The position numbers and the translations under genes were made by a program. The notes beneath the pieces are model-generated. The model worked only from the letters and a program-made list of their open reading frames with translations, was not told where the DNA came from and did not search any database. A DNA stretch of 64,000 nucleotides from Octopus sinensis (Eukaryota), in assembly GCF_006345805.1 (NCBI RefSeq), contig NC_042997.1, positions 196,044,001 to 196,108,000 on the forward strand, read 5' to 3'. Shown piece by piece: positions 24,938-36,506 of this stretch (the first letter of the stretch is position 1; each line of letters starts with the position of its first letter).

Positions 24938-24943
24938 TACACA

Positions 24944-25004
<61 letters not shown>

Positions 25005-25360
25005 CTTTCACTCGCTTCAGCCATGCTGCTGCGATCATGCTGGAGCACCACCGTGATCTTTCTGATTTCCGCCGTCTGGGGTATTTCACATCACTACTCT
25101 TGTATATGCCTTTGTCCCAGCTATAAGCCCATTTGTTGTAAAAGTGGGTTTGATTCCGTTGCTCTCATCTGCACCTCATGTCAGGCTGTTGGCTCATCCG
25201 GCATTGTGAAGAGGAGGATGTCTAGTTCCTTTTTGAAGACATCTACTTACACTTTATGCGGATTTCGTAATTTCGTAATGGAAGAGCTGTGGGCCTTTGA
25301 ACTCTAAACTATTGCAGCACCCGGTCCTGAATTTAACTAGAATGGATGGTACCTTTTGTG
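25005..25360 (-). mobile_element. CR1-group LINE 3' end (related to 23858-24275)
   Basis: Minus translation GPQLF, VDVFKKELDILLFTMPDEP..SNPL; tail ggtggtgctccagcatgatcgcagc..gctgaagcgagtgaaaga. Confidence 0.75.
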
Positions 25361-25387
25361 TCTGTGTATATACAAACATATATATAT

Positions 25388-25435
<48 letters not shown>

Positions 25436-25454
25436 ATATATAATATATATATAT

Positions 25455-26055
25455 ATCATTTACAGCTGTTTCGGTTTGTTATTTTTGAGGTAAACTTGCG
25501 TTTATCTCGTTCCATGTCACATATCATCAGAATGATTTGAACTTTGCAGAGGAATATTGACAGGAGATCGAAGGTTGACAGAATAAAAAAGGAAAAAAGA
25601 AAAGGAAAGGACGCAAAAATGTAAGCCTGAAGGCCTAAGGATGCTTTTCTTTTTTCTTTTCTTCATTTTCATTTTCCTTTTCTGTTTTCCATCTTTCTCC
25701 TGTCAACCTTCGGTCTCCTGTCAATATTCCTCTGGTAAAGTTCGAATCATTCTGATGATTTGTTACATGGAACGAGATTAACGCATGTTTGCCTCCTCAA
25801 AAGTTTCAAACTGAAACAGCTGTAAATATTTCTTAACCATAATTAAACTACGGTTATTCAATAGTAATGATCAACTTCTAATTATTACATGTTGTTCCAT
25901 TTCTTCTGTTATCTTATCTGAATATATTAAACCACGGTTTGCCCTTCAAATTACCAGGTACGGTGAACCTTACAGCAAGGCCTATACATAGTTAAGTAAT
26001 AAACCAGTAGTACATGCGGATGCATTTATTCCTTAGTACAAACTCTAACTCATAA
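25455..26055 (+). mobile_element. Second fold-back Penelope-type element with hammerhead motifs on both arms
   Basis: Arms ~25458-25600 / ~25670-25827. Plus arm: CTGATGA 25752 ... GAAAC-AGCT-GTA 25813-25824. Minus-arm motif has a perfect stem I atcatt/aatgat. (TA)n flanks. Confidence 0.72.
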
Positions 26056-26069
26056 TATATATATATATT

Positions 26070-26145
<76 letters not shown>

Positions 26146-26318
26146 TTAGATTATATATTTTGAATATTCAAACGTTATGATAATTCTCTTCCAAGTTTGT
26201 CGTAAATCTGCTCGGAAGTATATTCTGTCATATGTAAAATTTATCTTATATATATTCTAAATCTCAAATTCTTACAGGCATTTCAATGGATTCTTGTATG
26301 ATCATATCTTTCCTTCAT

Positions 26319-26520
26319 TCTTTTATTCTTTAATTCTTTCACTGGTTTCAGTCATTTTGACTGCGGCCATGCTGGGGCACCGCCTTTAGCCGGAACAAGT
26401 CTACCCCAGGACTTATTCTTTGTAAGTTTAGCACTTATTCTATCAGACCCTATTGCCAAACCACAAACTTACGGGGACGCAAACACACTAGCGTCGGTGG
26501 TCAAGCAATGGTGGGGCAAC
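26319..26520 (-). mobile_element. SINE-A 3' half
   Basis: gtttcagtcattttgactgcggccatgctggggcaccgcc..ggacttattctttgtaag. Confidence 0.85.
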
Positions 26521-26935
26521 ACACACACATACACACACACACACAATACAATTTCTTCCCTCGTATTTTATTTCACTTTTATCACTATTTCAGACATTCT
26601 TCAATATATTTATGTATACATTTATGTTTTAACATATCTATGTTTTACATCTAAAATTTTTTATTAATCTATCACCTTATATATATTCAATATATTTATG
26701 TATAATTTTTTTTTAAATGTCTATTTATTTATATATTTTTATCATGTATCATGTATTTATTGTTCTTTAAATTTGTCTGAAATCGGAGTCACGTTAACGG
26801 GGATTAAATTACTTGGTCTTACAGTTATTCATATTACATAGTTTTATCTTTTGTCTCAAGCTCCTCTTGAGCACTTCTAAGTGCAAACCTTATCTCTGTG
26901 AGAGAATTTCTGATTAAATATATTCTCTCTCAAAA

Positions 26936-27005
<70 letters not shown>

Positions 27006-27074
27006 CAATTATTATGAGGGAATAAAATCCAAACTTACAAGGAAAAGGATTCATTTAGAAATACTATATATATA

Positions 27075-27275
27075 AGGGAAAGTTTACGAAAATAAACAAA
27101 AGACGAAGGCAGGTGGAGTACAAACAAGCAAATGTATTAGTATAGCGCTCAGGAATAGGAATAGAAAAAGTCTTTTACGTTTCGAGCCTACGCTCTTCAA
27201 CAGAAAGATACATAGAAAAAAAACAAGGAGAGAAACAAGAGAGAAAAAATGCGTGTAGTAGCTAACGATCTATGA
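27075..27275 (-). mobile_element. Solo Penelope-type terminal repeat with variant hammerhead motif
   Basis: Minus: cttt-CTGTTGA-A-GAGC gtag GCTC-GAAACGTA-aaag; close second copy at 32785-32983. Confidence 0.65.
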
Positions 27276-27337
27276 TGATATATATATATAGAAATATATA
27301 TAATATATATATATATATATATAATATATATATAATA

Positions 27338-27408
<71 letters not shown>

Positions 27409-27678
27409 TATTGGGTGTTATTAAAATACCATCACGTGTGGCAATCGAATCGTCAGCCGTACAGGCAAATTAATAAAATATATACATACAATGTTAGATA
27501 TGAACATATATACACAAAGGTACTACATGAGTACCTATATCGCTAATGATAGAAATAAAGAAATGCTTCTGTACCACCGAATAGTCACAAATCTATTACA
27601 GACATGATAGGAAAAAATATCAGTGAGTAATAATAATGCCTTACATCTATTGGGTAAGAACAAGTAAATGCCGGTCAA

Positions 27679-27737
27679 CTTGGTACCGGTTTCGAAATTT
27701 AGCGCCAAATAAGTGCCTGATTTCTCATCAGTCAAAA
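27679..27737 (-). ncRNA. Minimal type I hammerhead ribozyme
   Basis: Minus: tttga-CTGATGA-GAAAT..ATTTC-GAAA-CCGG-TA-ccaag; lies in a (TA)n-adjacent repeat 27410-27990. Confidence 0.7.
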
Positions 27738-28336
27738 TCTGCCAGCTAAATTACTACTATTCTCCCCCATCATGCCTGCAAACGAAAGGTGTAAAAATAT
27801 TTATAAATAAATATAGAGATGGTATTATTAAAATACCATCACGAGTGGCAAGCTAATTATCAGCCGTGCAGGCAAATTAATAAAGTATATATATATACAA
27901 TATCAGACAGGTTATAGATCTGTAACTATTCGGTGGTACAGAAGTATTTTTCGTCTTCTATTTTTAGTGATATAGGTACTCATATTTTGTGTTAATTAGG
28001 CATGTAAATTCTAGCGAAATATAGAACACTGAAATTTGGGGTGAAATTTGGTGCTTTTTTATATTATTAATTTTATTGAAACAAGATATGGCCACTTCGA
28101 CTCGAGTACCCACTTGTGCAGAATCATAGAAGTATGGCACGCATCATATACTTCTAAGGGCGTCAAATATTTTCTCTTAAGCGGATTTCTTGTATACTTG
28201 TCGTTTGATGACAATGGTCTATTCTGGTTGAGCGCACGAGTTTGTAGGGATTTTTAGATAACATTGATTGAATATTGAGCGAATATTTCAAATTCATTAT
28301 TGAATATTGTAATTTGTACCTTCTTATCATAACTAG

Positions 28337-28404
28337 AAAACAAGTCGTCTTCGCATACAATATGCAGTCAAATGTGATATAAGTGAGAAAGATGTCTTTG
28401 CATG
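28337..28404 (+). CDS. Candidate host exon (KTSRLRIQYAVKCDISEKDVFA-W)
   Basis: TAG acceptor, 68 nt, phase-2 GT donor compatible with the next candidate exon across a 62-nt intron. Confidence 0.35.
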
Positions 28405-28466
28405 GTAAAATGAAGAGTACACACTTTAATGAATATGGATTTAAGTTATATATTTATGTATTACAG

Positions 28467-28524
28467 GAACTTGCAAACCCTAAATTACTATGGTCCTTTT
28501 GATGTTACTTTTACAATATCTGAT
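28467..28524 (+). CDS. Candidate host exon (NLQTLNYYGPFDVTFTISD)
   Basis: tatttatgtattacag acceptor; frame continues from 28337-28404; GTAAAA donor or stop two codons later. Confidence 0.35.
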
Positions 28525-28624
28525 GTAAAATAGGCTTCATATTTTACAATTTATATTTTTGTCTTTTTTAGCGATTACTTTATATCATATTCGTTAAATT
28601 CGTATCGATTTTATCCATTAAAAA

Positions 28625-29490
28625 TGAGTTGAGCTCAGATATCAGGCTCATATCAAACATTGCATGCTATATCAATTCAAAAGGGCTTCTTCAACAATAG
28701 AAGCAGCATGAAATATTTGTTGTCTGTGACAATCAAACCTTAAGAGTCCGGATATGTCAATGATGGTTTAGCTCGTTTTGCTCGGCAAATTCTTCTCTTG
28801 CAGTTTCCCCTCGATTTGGACAACAATATTCTATATTCTGTCGATTATGAGCTTTTGAAAATCGCTATTGAAGAAAATTAAAAACAAACAGCTCGAGAGT
28901 TTACGAAACACTTCAATTCACGTCACAACTCGATCATAAGATATATTTCTGAACTAGAAAATTAGTATAAACGTGGTCCATACCAATAGAGAGCTTCTCA
29001 GTTTACATAAAGTGCTACTCTGTCACCTCCTTGAAAAGCAGACTTGCTACCAAACATTTCCAGAATAAAATCATCACAAGTGCTGAAACGTAGCTTCTCT
29101 ATAATCGTATCTAACGAAAACGAAAATGATTGACACCACAATGAAATAAAATATTCCATTCCCTGTCCACAGCTACAGCCGAAAAGAGTTATGTTCTGTT
29201 CTAGGATATGAAGGGTATCGTCTATCGTGAAATGCTAAATCAAAATGAAACAGTAAATGCAGAGTAATGACGTCTGATGGCGACATTGAACAAAAATTTG
29301 CAAAAAGCGCACATTATTTCTAAATCGTAAATAGGCGTTGCTCTTACACGAGAATGCAAAATAACATATTGCTCAAGTTACTGAAAAAAAGATTATTGCG
29401 TTAAATATGGTTTTACTACCTCAGCCTCCTTACTTATCATCATTAAAAATCATTGCAGCATTATTAAGAGGGAAATAGTTTATAAATTTT
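28625..29490 (+). pseudogene. Decayed mariner (DD34D-type) transposase
   Basis: HIKHCMLYQF..EAA*NIC, ITSAET*LLYN..RKR (cf. TGDEKW), DMKGIVYREML..TVNA, LLHENAK*H (cf. LHDNARPH), LPQPPY. Confidence 0.8.
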
Positions 29491-29514
29491 GAGAGACTAA
29501 AAATTCCCTTATGT

Positions 29515-29928
29515 CAGTCCTTGTTTTTCCCCTTTATGTTTAGACCCTTGTGGGCAATAGAGAAATAAGAAACGTTAGCACACCGGGCGAAATGCTCAGC
29601 GGTATTTTGTCTGTCTTTATGTTCTGAGTTCAAATTCCGTGGAGGTTGCGGCTTTATCCTTTGGTCGAACTTGACGGAGGCTTGCCATTTCAATGTCTGA
29701 ATAAGAGTTCAATTCCAACATAAGGGCAAAACTGAATAATAAGGCGGCGAGCTGGCAGAAGCGTTAGCATATCGGGCGAAATGCTTAGCGGCATTTCAAA
29801 TTCCGCCGAGGTCGACTTTGCCTTTCATCCCTTCGGGATCGATAAATTAAGTACCAGTTACGCCCTGGGGTTGATGTATCGACTTAATCCCTTTGTCTGT
29901 CCTTGTTTGCCCCTCTCTGTTTAGCCCC
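29515..29928 (+). mobile_element. SINE-B cluster (tail + truncated head, then a near full copy at 29742-29928)
   Basis: cccttgtgggcaatagagaaataa|gaaacgttagc junction; second copy starts ggcggcgagctggcagaa. Confidence 0.85.
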
Positions 29929-30137
29929 AATATTTCGCCAAATAGATGGGATTAGGTTTTCAGGAATAAGGGGTAGTATTATCTTGATTAAGTCTATCAA
30001 TCAAGGCCAAAGAAGCATCTGATGTTTTTCTCATGCGACAGAACTGTCTCTCCTGGCTAATATTAGTTTGAAGGAGAATTAAACTGATTTGCCAACATAC
30101 GTCAGAGATCGAGTGCTACTCATTTACATTTTTGCAG

Positions 30138-30202
30138 CAAAGATATTTCTTACAATAAATGATGTCGATTTTTATTTCAATTTGCGCACTGAACATTTTT
30201 GG
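30138..30202 (+). CDS. Candidate host exon (KIFLTINDVDFYFNLRTEHFW)
   Basis: catttttgcag acceptor, open frame, tgg|GTAAAA donor. Confidence 0.3.
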
Positions 30203-30436
30203 GTAAAACTTCTTTGCATTTTAACTAGTTTTATCTGTCGTAAAAATCTGCTATACACCCACTTTAAAACTGCATATAAGACCAAGAAAACTAGATACAT
30301 ATCTAAAACACCAGTAATTTATTAATCGAACCAGCTGAGAAGAATGTGTAACATGCAAGTAGCTTCATTCGATTTCCTCAATATCATAGTCCAATAGGAG
30401 TCGAAAATCGATTACAATTGTTCATTACATTTCCAG

Positions 30437-30669
30437 TCTATGGAGAAATAGGTAAATTTGACCTGCTTGTATATCTACTGCGTAGCTCTACATATGATAA
30501 GCCATACCTTGATGAAAAAGAGTCCCCAGTTGATAGGTTTCTGATACTAAATAAAGTTAAACAGTTATTGTATACAAATTACTTGCTCCATTTCTCTGAA
30601 TCTCCCGAATTAAATGAGTCTATAAACGGATTAGTTACTTGTTTGTCGCGAATTGGTCAAGCGGTGTAG
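30437..30669 (+). CDS. Candidate host exon, unknown product
   Basis: catttccag acceptor; non-repetitive protein-like frame YGEIGKFDLLVYLLRSSTYDKPYLDEKESPVDRFLILNK..; no family recognised. Confidence 0.3.
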
Positions 30670-30761
30670 ACATTTCTAACGAGACATAATAATGATGGAA
30701 AACTGATTAAAGCTGCTCGTCATCTTTCTTGGATTTACGTATGTATATATATATATATATA

Positions 30762-30797
<36 letters not shown>

Positions 30798-30854
30798 TGT
30801 GTGTGTGTGTGTGTGAAATCGACAGGAGGCGCAAATGAGGGCAGTGGCTAATTG

Positions 30855-30899
<45 letters not shown>

Positions 30900-31034
30900 A
30901 TATATATATTAAATATATATATATATATCATATATGTATATACATAGATACATACATATATTACTAACATCTATATATGCACACACACACACACACACAC
31001 ACACACGCATATATATATATATATATATATATAT

Positions 31035-31780
31035 TAAATTCCAAGAGAGTTAGAGGTTGTGAATCCAACCAACTAAGGGATAATATCTATCCAATATACT
31101 ACTGCTAGAATACCCAATTATTAATACACAAGTGTTTTGTCATTGCATGGCAAGTACACTACTGAATGTAATAAATGGGTGAGGGTAAAAAGTTGTTTTA
31201 CCCTTAATTATACAGCAATAAGAAAATGGAGAGTATCAAGAATTCGTATTCATCAACTTTTAGACTTTATATTATGTTTATTTATTTATTTTTTAAACTA
31301 TTATAATAATATACATACATGTATAACATATGCTTTAAACATATAATATATAAAAATAATTTAGCAATTATTGGTATTTTAATTTTTTTATATATTATAT
31401 ATCTAAAGCATCATATGTTATACATGTATGTATATTGTTATAATGGTTTTTTTTTAAATACATAAATAGACTTGATATAATGTCTAAAAGTTGATGAATA
31501 CCTATTTCTTTACTACCCACAAGGGGCTAAACACAGAGAAGACAAACAAGGACAGACAAACGGATTAAGTCGATTATATCGACCCCAGTGCGTAACTGCT
31601 ACTTAATTAATCGACCGCGAAAGGATGAAAGGCAAAGTCGACCTCGACGGAATTTGAACTCAGAACGTAACGGCAGACGAAATACCGCTAAGCATTTCGC
31701 CCGGCGTGCTAACGTTTCTGCCAGATCGCCGCCTGTAATTTGATGAATACCGTTTTGATCCCCTCCATTTTCTTATTATT
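31035..31780. mobile_element. AT-rich fold-back repeat (probably Penelope-derived) interrupted by SINE-B
   Basis: Left arm 31217-~31360 pairs with 31375-31501 plus 31740-31776; (TA)n flanks. Confidence 0.6.
31503..31734 (-). mobile_element. SINE-B, full length with TSD
   Basis: Complete head ggcggcgatctggcagaaacgttagc to tail; ttgatgaatacc duplicated at 31491-31502 and 31740-31751. Confidence 0.92.
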
Positions 31781-32047
31781 ATATATATACATATATATAT
31801 ATATATGTGTGTGTGTACGTATATGTGTATATGAAATGTGGAGTAGATGAACAGCCGATAACTGATAAAGGGTCGTTCTTTATGTTACTCGTCTTTTTTC
31901 CATTTGTTTCTCCCGCTGTTCGCATACCTAAGTTTGCTTGTCATTTTGTGGTTTTCGTACTTCATTTTGTGACTTCCTGTACCCATATATGCATATATGG
32001 ATATATATATATATATTATATATATATATATATAATATATATATACA

Positions 32048-32144
<97 letters not shown>

Positions 32145-32153
32145 TATATATAT

Positions 32154-32209
<56 letters not shown>

Positions 32210-32371
32210 ATATACACACACGTACACATACCCATATGCGAACAATGATATTCATAAACACGTCTAAATACGCATATGCTATATATGCATGTATTCAATC
32301 ACACTCGTGTGAAACACATACAATCACACCCACACTCACACCTATATGTATACATATATATGCAACCATAC

Positions 32372-32405
<34 letters not shown>

Positions 32406-32409
32406 AGGT

Positions 32410-32616
32410 ATCTATGTGCCTGTGTTTGTTCCCCACCGTCGCTTGACCACCGATGTTAGTGAGCTTACGTCCCAGTAAACTATCTGTTCGACAAAAGGGC
32501 CCGATAGAATACCTACTAGGTTTCCAAAGAATAAGTCCTGGATCGATTTGTTCGACAAATGGCGGGGCTCCAGCATGGCCACAGTCAAGAGACTGAAACA
32601 AGTAAAAGAGTAAAAG
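32410..32616 (+). mobile_element. SINE-A 3' half
   Basis: gtgtttgttcccc..gatagaata..gctccagcatggccacagtc..gtaaaagag. Confidence 0.85.
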
Positions 32617-32784
32617 ATTGCTCCGGCTCTCAGCGTTCCCAATTCAAAACCTGCCGATATCAACTTTCCTTATATTTACAGGGCAATAAAGTACAAACCA
32701 TGTACTTGATTGTGAGTTAGTGTCAAGTGCTTCCATATAGGATGTCCCAGGTCTAAAAATACCCAAGCTAAAGAAGTAAAATAT

Positions 32785-32983
32785 AGGGAGAGTTTATGAA
32801 AAAGACAAAAGACGAAGACAGGTGGTGTACAAAACAAACAGATGTATTAGTATAACGCTCAGGAATAGAAAAAATCTTTTACGTTTCGAGCCTACGCTCT
32901 TCTACAGAAAGGGACACAGAAAAAACAAGGAGGGAAACAAGGAGAGAAAAAAATGTGTGTAGTGGCTAATGATCTATCGTGGC
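32785..32983 (-). mobile_element. Penelope-type terminal repeat with variant hammerhead motif
   Basis: Minus: cttt-CTGTAGA-A-GAGC gtag GCTC-GAAACGTA-aaag at 32876-32911; same family as 27075-27275. Confidence 0.65.
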
Positions 32984-32989
32984 GAATAA

Positions 32990-33480
32990 CGTATAAAATC
33001 ATCTGGTAATGTTTCTATGTAACCCTTTACTTTTCCATGTCTGGTATAACGTTTTACAATTGATCCTTGTTGTAAATGAACGGTGAATCTCGAGGTCAAT
33101 GTTTTACTAGTACGACCAGTGTAACACCTGGACTGCTGAAGTTTACAACTATCGATTTTACAATCAAATTTGTAGATTACATTAGTCATTAGTAGCTTCC
33201 TCTCGAGGTTAAATGAATGTGGTGAGTTATTGATGAGAAGCTGTGGTTCTGTTTTTTTGGTGTCCCATTGGCATATTATGAACTTAAGTTTGTGGTCGGA
33301 TATGATGCATTTTGCGTCCCGCTTTATGGGGTGCTTCATTATTGTCTGCTTGATATTTTTTATACGTTTGGTTCGTACAATAAAATTTATGAGTAATTTG
33401 TGTAGTCATATTGTGTGTACTCTCCAATGCATTTGTTGTGTTGTACAGATGTCTGCATTCGTCTATGGCTCGGTGTACTC
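32990..33480 (-). pseudogene. Second Penelope-like GIY-YIG endonuclease remnant (different subgroup from 1128-1928)
   Basis: LINNSP..NVIYKFDCKIDSC..CYTGRTSKTLTSRFTVHLQQGSI matches the GIY-YIG pattern VVY.F.C..C..YIG.T..L..R...H. Confidence 0.78.
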
Positions 33481-33488
33481 GCCGAATG

Positions 33489-33907
33489 CGGCGAGCTGGT
33501 AGAAACGTTAGCACGTCGGGCGAAACGCTTAGCCGAAATGGTCTGCCGTTATGTTCTGAGTTCAAATTCCGCCGAGGTCGACTTTGCCTTTCATTCTTCC
33601 GGGATCGATAAATTAAGCACCAGTTACGCACTGGGGTCGATGTAATCGACTTAATCCGCTTGTCTGTCCTTATTTGTCCTCTCTGTGTTTAGCTTCTTGT
33701 GGGTAGTAAAGAAATAGGTATTTTGTCTGCCGTTACGTTCTGAGTTCAAATTCTGCCGAGGTCGACTTTGCCTTGCATTCTTTCGGGATCGATAAATTAA
33801 GCACCAGTTACGCACTGGGGTCGATATAACCAACTTAATCTGTTTGTCTGTCCTTGTTTGTCCTCTCTGTGTGTAGCCCCTTGTGGGCAATAAAGAAATA
33901 AGAAATA
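33489..33907 (+). mobile_element. SINE-B dimer
   Basis: Full unit, then junction aaagaaata|ggtattttgtctgcc at ~33717, then a second truncated unit. Confidence 0.92.
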
Positions 33908-33964
33908 GTCGCCGTTCCTGTTTGCTTTACTCTGAGGATTTAGTGAAGGTATGTGGCACAGTAA

Positions 33965-34202
33965 TCAGAGCACCAACGATTTGACCTCTTTGAAAGTGCA
34001 ATACATCCGTCATTTTAATGAATTAAAGTACCTTTTTCTGCTGGTATCTGAAAAGAAACAGCAATTTTGGCAAAATATTTTAAGCAACACTAATAATAAA
34101 TCAAAAATCATAAAAATAAACAAGCTTTTGATGATTTTATAGATATTCCAAAATTATGATGCTATGATGCGAGGTTTTTCCAGTATTTTGTCCAACTCCT
34201 GT
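33965..34202 (-). mobile_element. Tc1-like element 5' fragment
   Basis: TA + caggagttggacaaaatactggaaa TIR-like end; minus translation FQRGQIVGA, typical of a Tc1 N-terminus. Confidence 0.65.
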
Positions 34203-34335
34203 ATAACATATGATATATGTAAACAAACGCGAAACGCTTTGTAAGTCACAGAGAGAAAGCTACTATGGTACATTCAAATTTAATTATTGTCGTTTCCAAT
34301 CAGCGAATAAAATATTATTATGATATATGATTATA

Positions 34336-34385
<50 letters not shown>

Positions 34386-34398
34386 ATGTATGTATATA

Positions 34399-35365
34399 CA
34401 GGATGCGTAAGGTATTTGAGGACATTCCTTTTTTGGTTCATTGCTTCTTTTTTTGCTCACACTGTATAATCTTTCCTTCAGAAAATAATAATAATGGCAG
34501 ACCCTCAGCTTACTCAAGAAATGAAGAGGCAAGCTGTAATGCGGGTTAAAAGGGCTGAGCATAGTGATTTAGAAATATCTCGATTTTTAAAAGTTGCCAT
34601 ATGTTTTGTCTACAAGGTTTGTAAGGCGCTAGAGACTGGAGATGGAAACATATCTCCAGTATCAAAATATAAAAAAGCTTTCTAAACGCTCTGAAATCAT
34701 CAGAACATTTGAATTTATCCAGCAAGTTCAACAGACCATTGATTACAATCCCAGACAGTCCATGAGGTCAATTGAAAAAGATCTCTATGTGTCAGATGGA
34801 GCAGTCAGAAATGTTGTCGACGAAGACGTCGAATATAAAACTTATATGATGAGGAAAGGTCAATTTGTCAGAAAACTCAAAAGGATATCACTAGTTCAGA
34901 TCTAAAAGGCTATTAAACAAACTGACAAATCCAGCAGAATAAGATTTGATTTGGTTTTTCTCAAATGAGAAAAACTTCGACCAAAAAGTTAACAGAAGAA
35001 ATGAAAGAGAGTTATGTGCAGACCCTTCTGAAGCTCTAAATGTTATGCATACAAAATTTTCTGCAACTGTCATGGTTTTAGGGGTTATCAGCAATGAAGG
35101 ACAAGTGATGTCTACTTACCTGTTTCCACAAGGCCCTAGAGCTAACTCTGCCGCCTACATTGAGGTCCTGGAAATAATTGTTAAGCCTTGGATAAACAGT
35201 GTATGCAATTGAAAGCCACATGTGTTTCAGTAAAACTCTGCACTATCATACATGGCTTAGTAAAACAGGAATGGATGACTGAAAATGTTCATGATCACAT
35301 AACCCCTAACATTTGGCCGCCTAATTCCGCAGATCTCAATCCATTGGACTATTTCATGTTGAAGC
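34399..35365 (+). pseudogene. maT/DD37D-like Tc1-mariner transposase pseudogene
   Basis: HTH region HSDLEISRFLKV, NPRQSMRSI, WFFSNEKNF, VMVLGVIS, KPWI, IWPPNSADLNPLDY across several frames. Confidence 0.88.
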
Positions 35366-35527
35366 TGAAGGGGGATTTATTGAATAACATTATAGAAAGG
35401 AAGGTTTATTTTTATTCTCCTGGCATTTTTGATAAATGAAGTTATTATCTGTTATTATATATTTGTTTTATTTTTTCATAAACATAAATCTCTCCTCAAA
35501 TATCTTACGCACGCTGAATATATATAT

Positions 35528-35584
<57 letters not shown>

Positions 35585-35587
<3 letters not shown>

Positions 35588-35970
35588 TTTATTCTTTTAT
35601 TTGTTGCAGTCATTTCACTGCGGCCATGCTGGAGCACAGCCTTTAGTCGAACAAATCGACCCCAGGGCGTATTCTTTCTAGGCCTAGGTCTTAGTCTATC
35701 TATCTCTTTTGCTAACTTATGGGGGGGGGCGTAAATACACCAGCATCATATGTCAAGGGACGATGGGGGTCAAACACAGACACACAAACATATACGCATA
35801 TGTGTATACGACGGTCTACTTTCACTTTCCGTCTACCGAATCCACTCATAAGACATTGGTCGGCACGAAGAAATACTAGAAGACACTTGCCCAAGGGGGC
35901 AAGTAACGAGACTGAACTCGGGACCTTGTAGTTGGGAAGTAATCCTCTTACCACACTCCACACATGCGCC
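35585..35970 (-). mobile_element. SINE-A, full length, diverged
   Basis: Tail, core and head all recognisable on the minus strand. Confidence 0.88.
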
Positions 35971-36107
35971 TGCATATATTATACATATATTTGCATATAT
36001 GAGTGTATGTGTGTGTGTGTATTGTTGTATATACACGCATGGCCATATACATACATAAGAATCTGCATGTATACAAGTGTAGCTGTCTTTGTCTATCCAT
36101 CTGTCTC

Positions 36108-36249
36108 CATACATACACGCATACATACATACATACATACATACATACATACATACATACATACATACATACATACGTGCATACATACATACATACATAC
36201 ATACATACATACATACATACATACATACATACATACATACATACATACA

Positions 36250-36283
<34 letters not shown>

Positions 36284-36330
36284 CATCATGCATACATATA
36301 TACATACATATAGACATATATGCATACATA
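36108..36330. repeat. (CATA)n microsatellite
   Basis: Direct reading. Confidence 0.95.
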
Positions 36331-36475
36331 TAAACAAGAATACTCTGTAAATGCTGGAATTCCAATAGCGGAGCCTTGGATCTAGGTTAGAAACCGGTTT
36401 TCTCTATTGGCAAGAAATATTGAAATAATACATACATACATACATACATACATACATACATACATACATACATTC

Positions 36476-36506
<31 letters not shown>

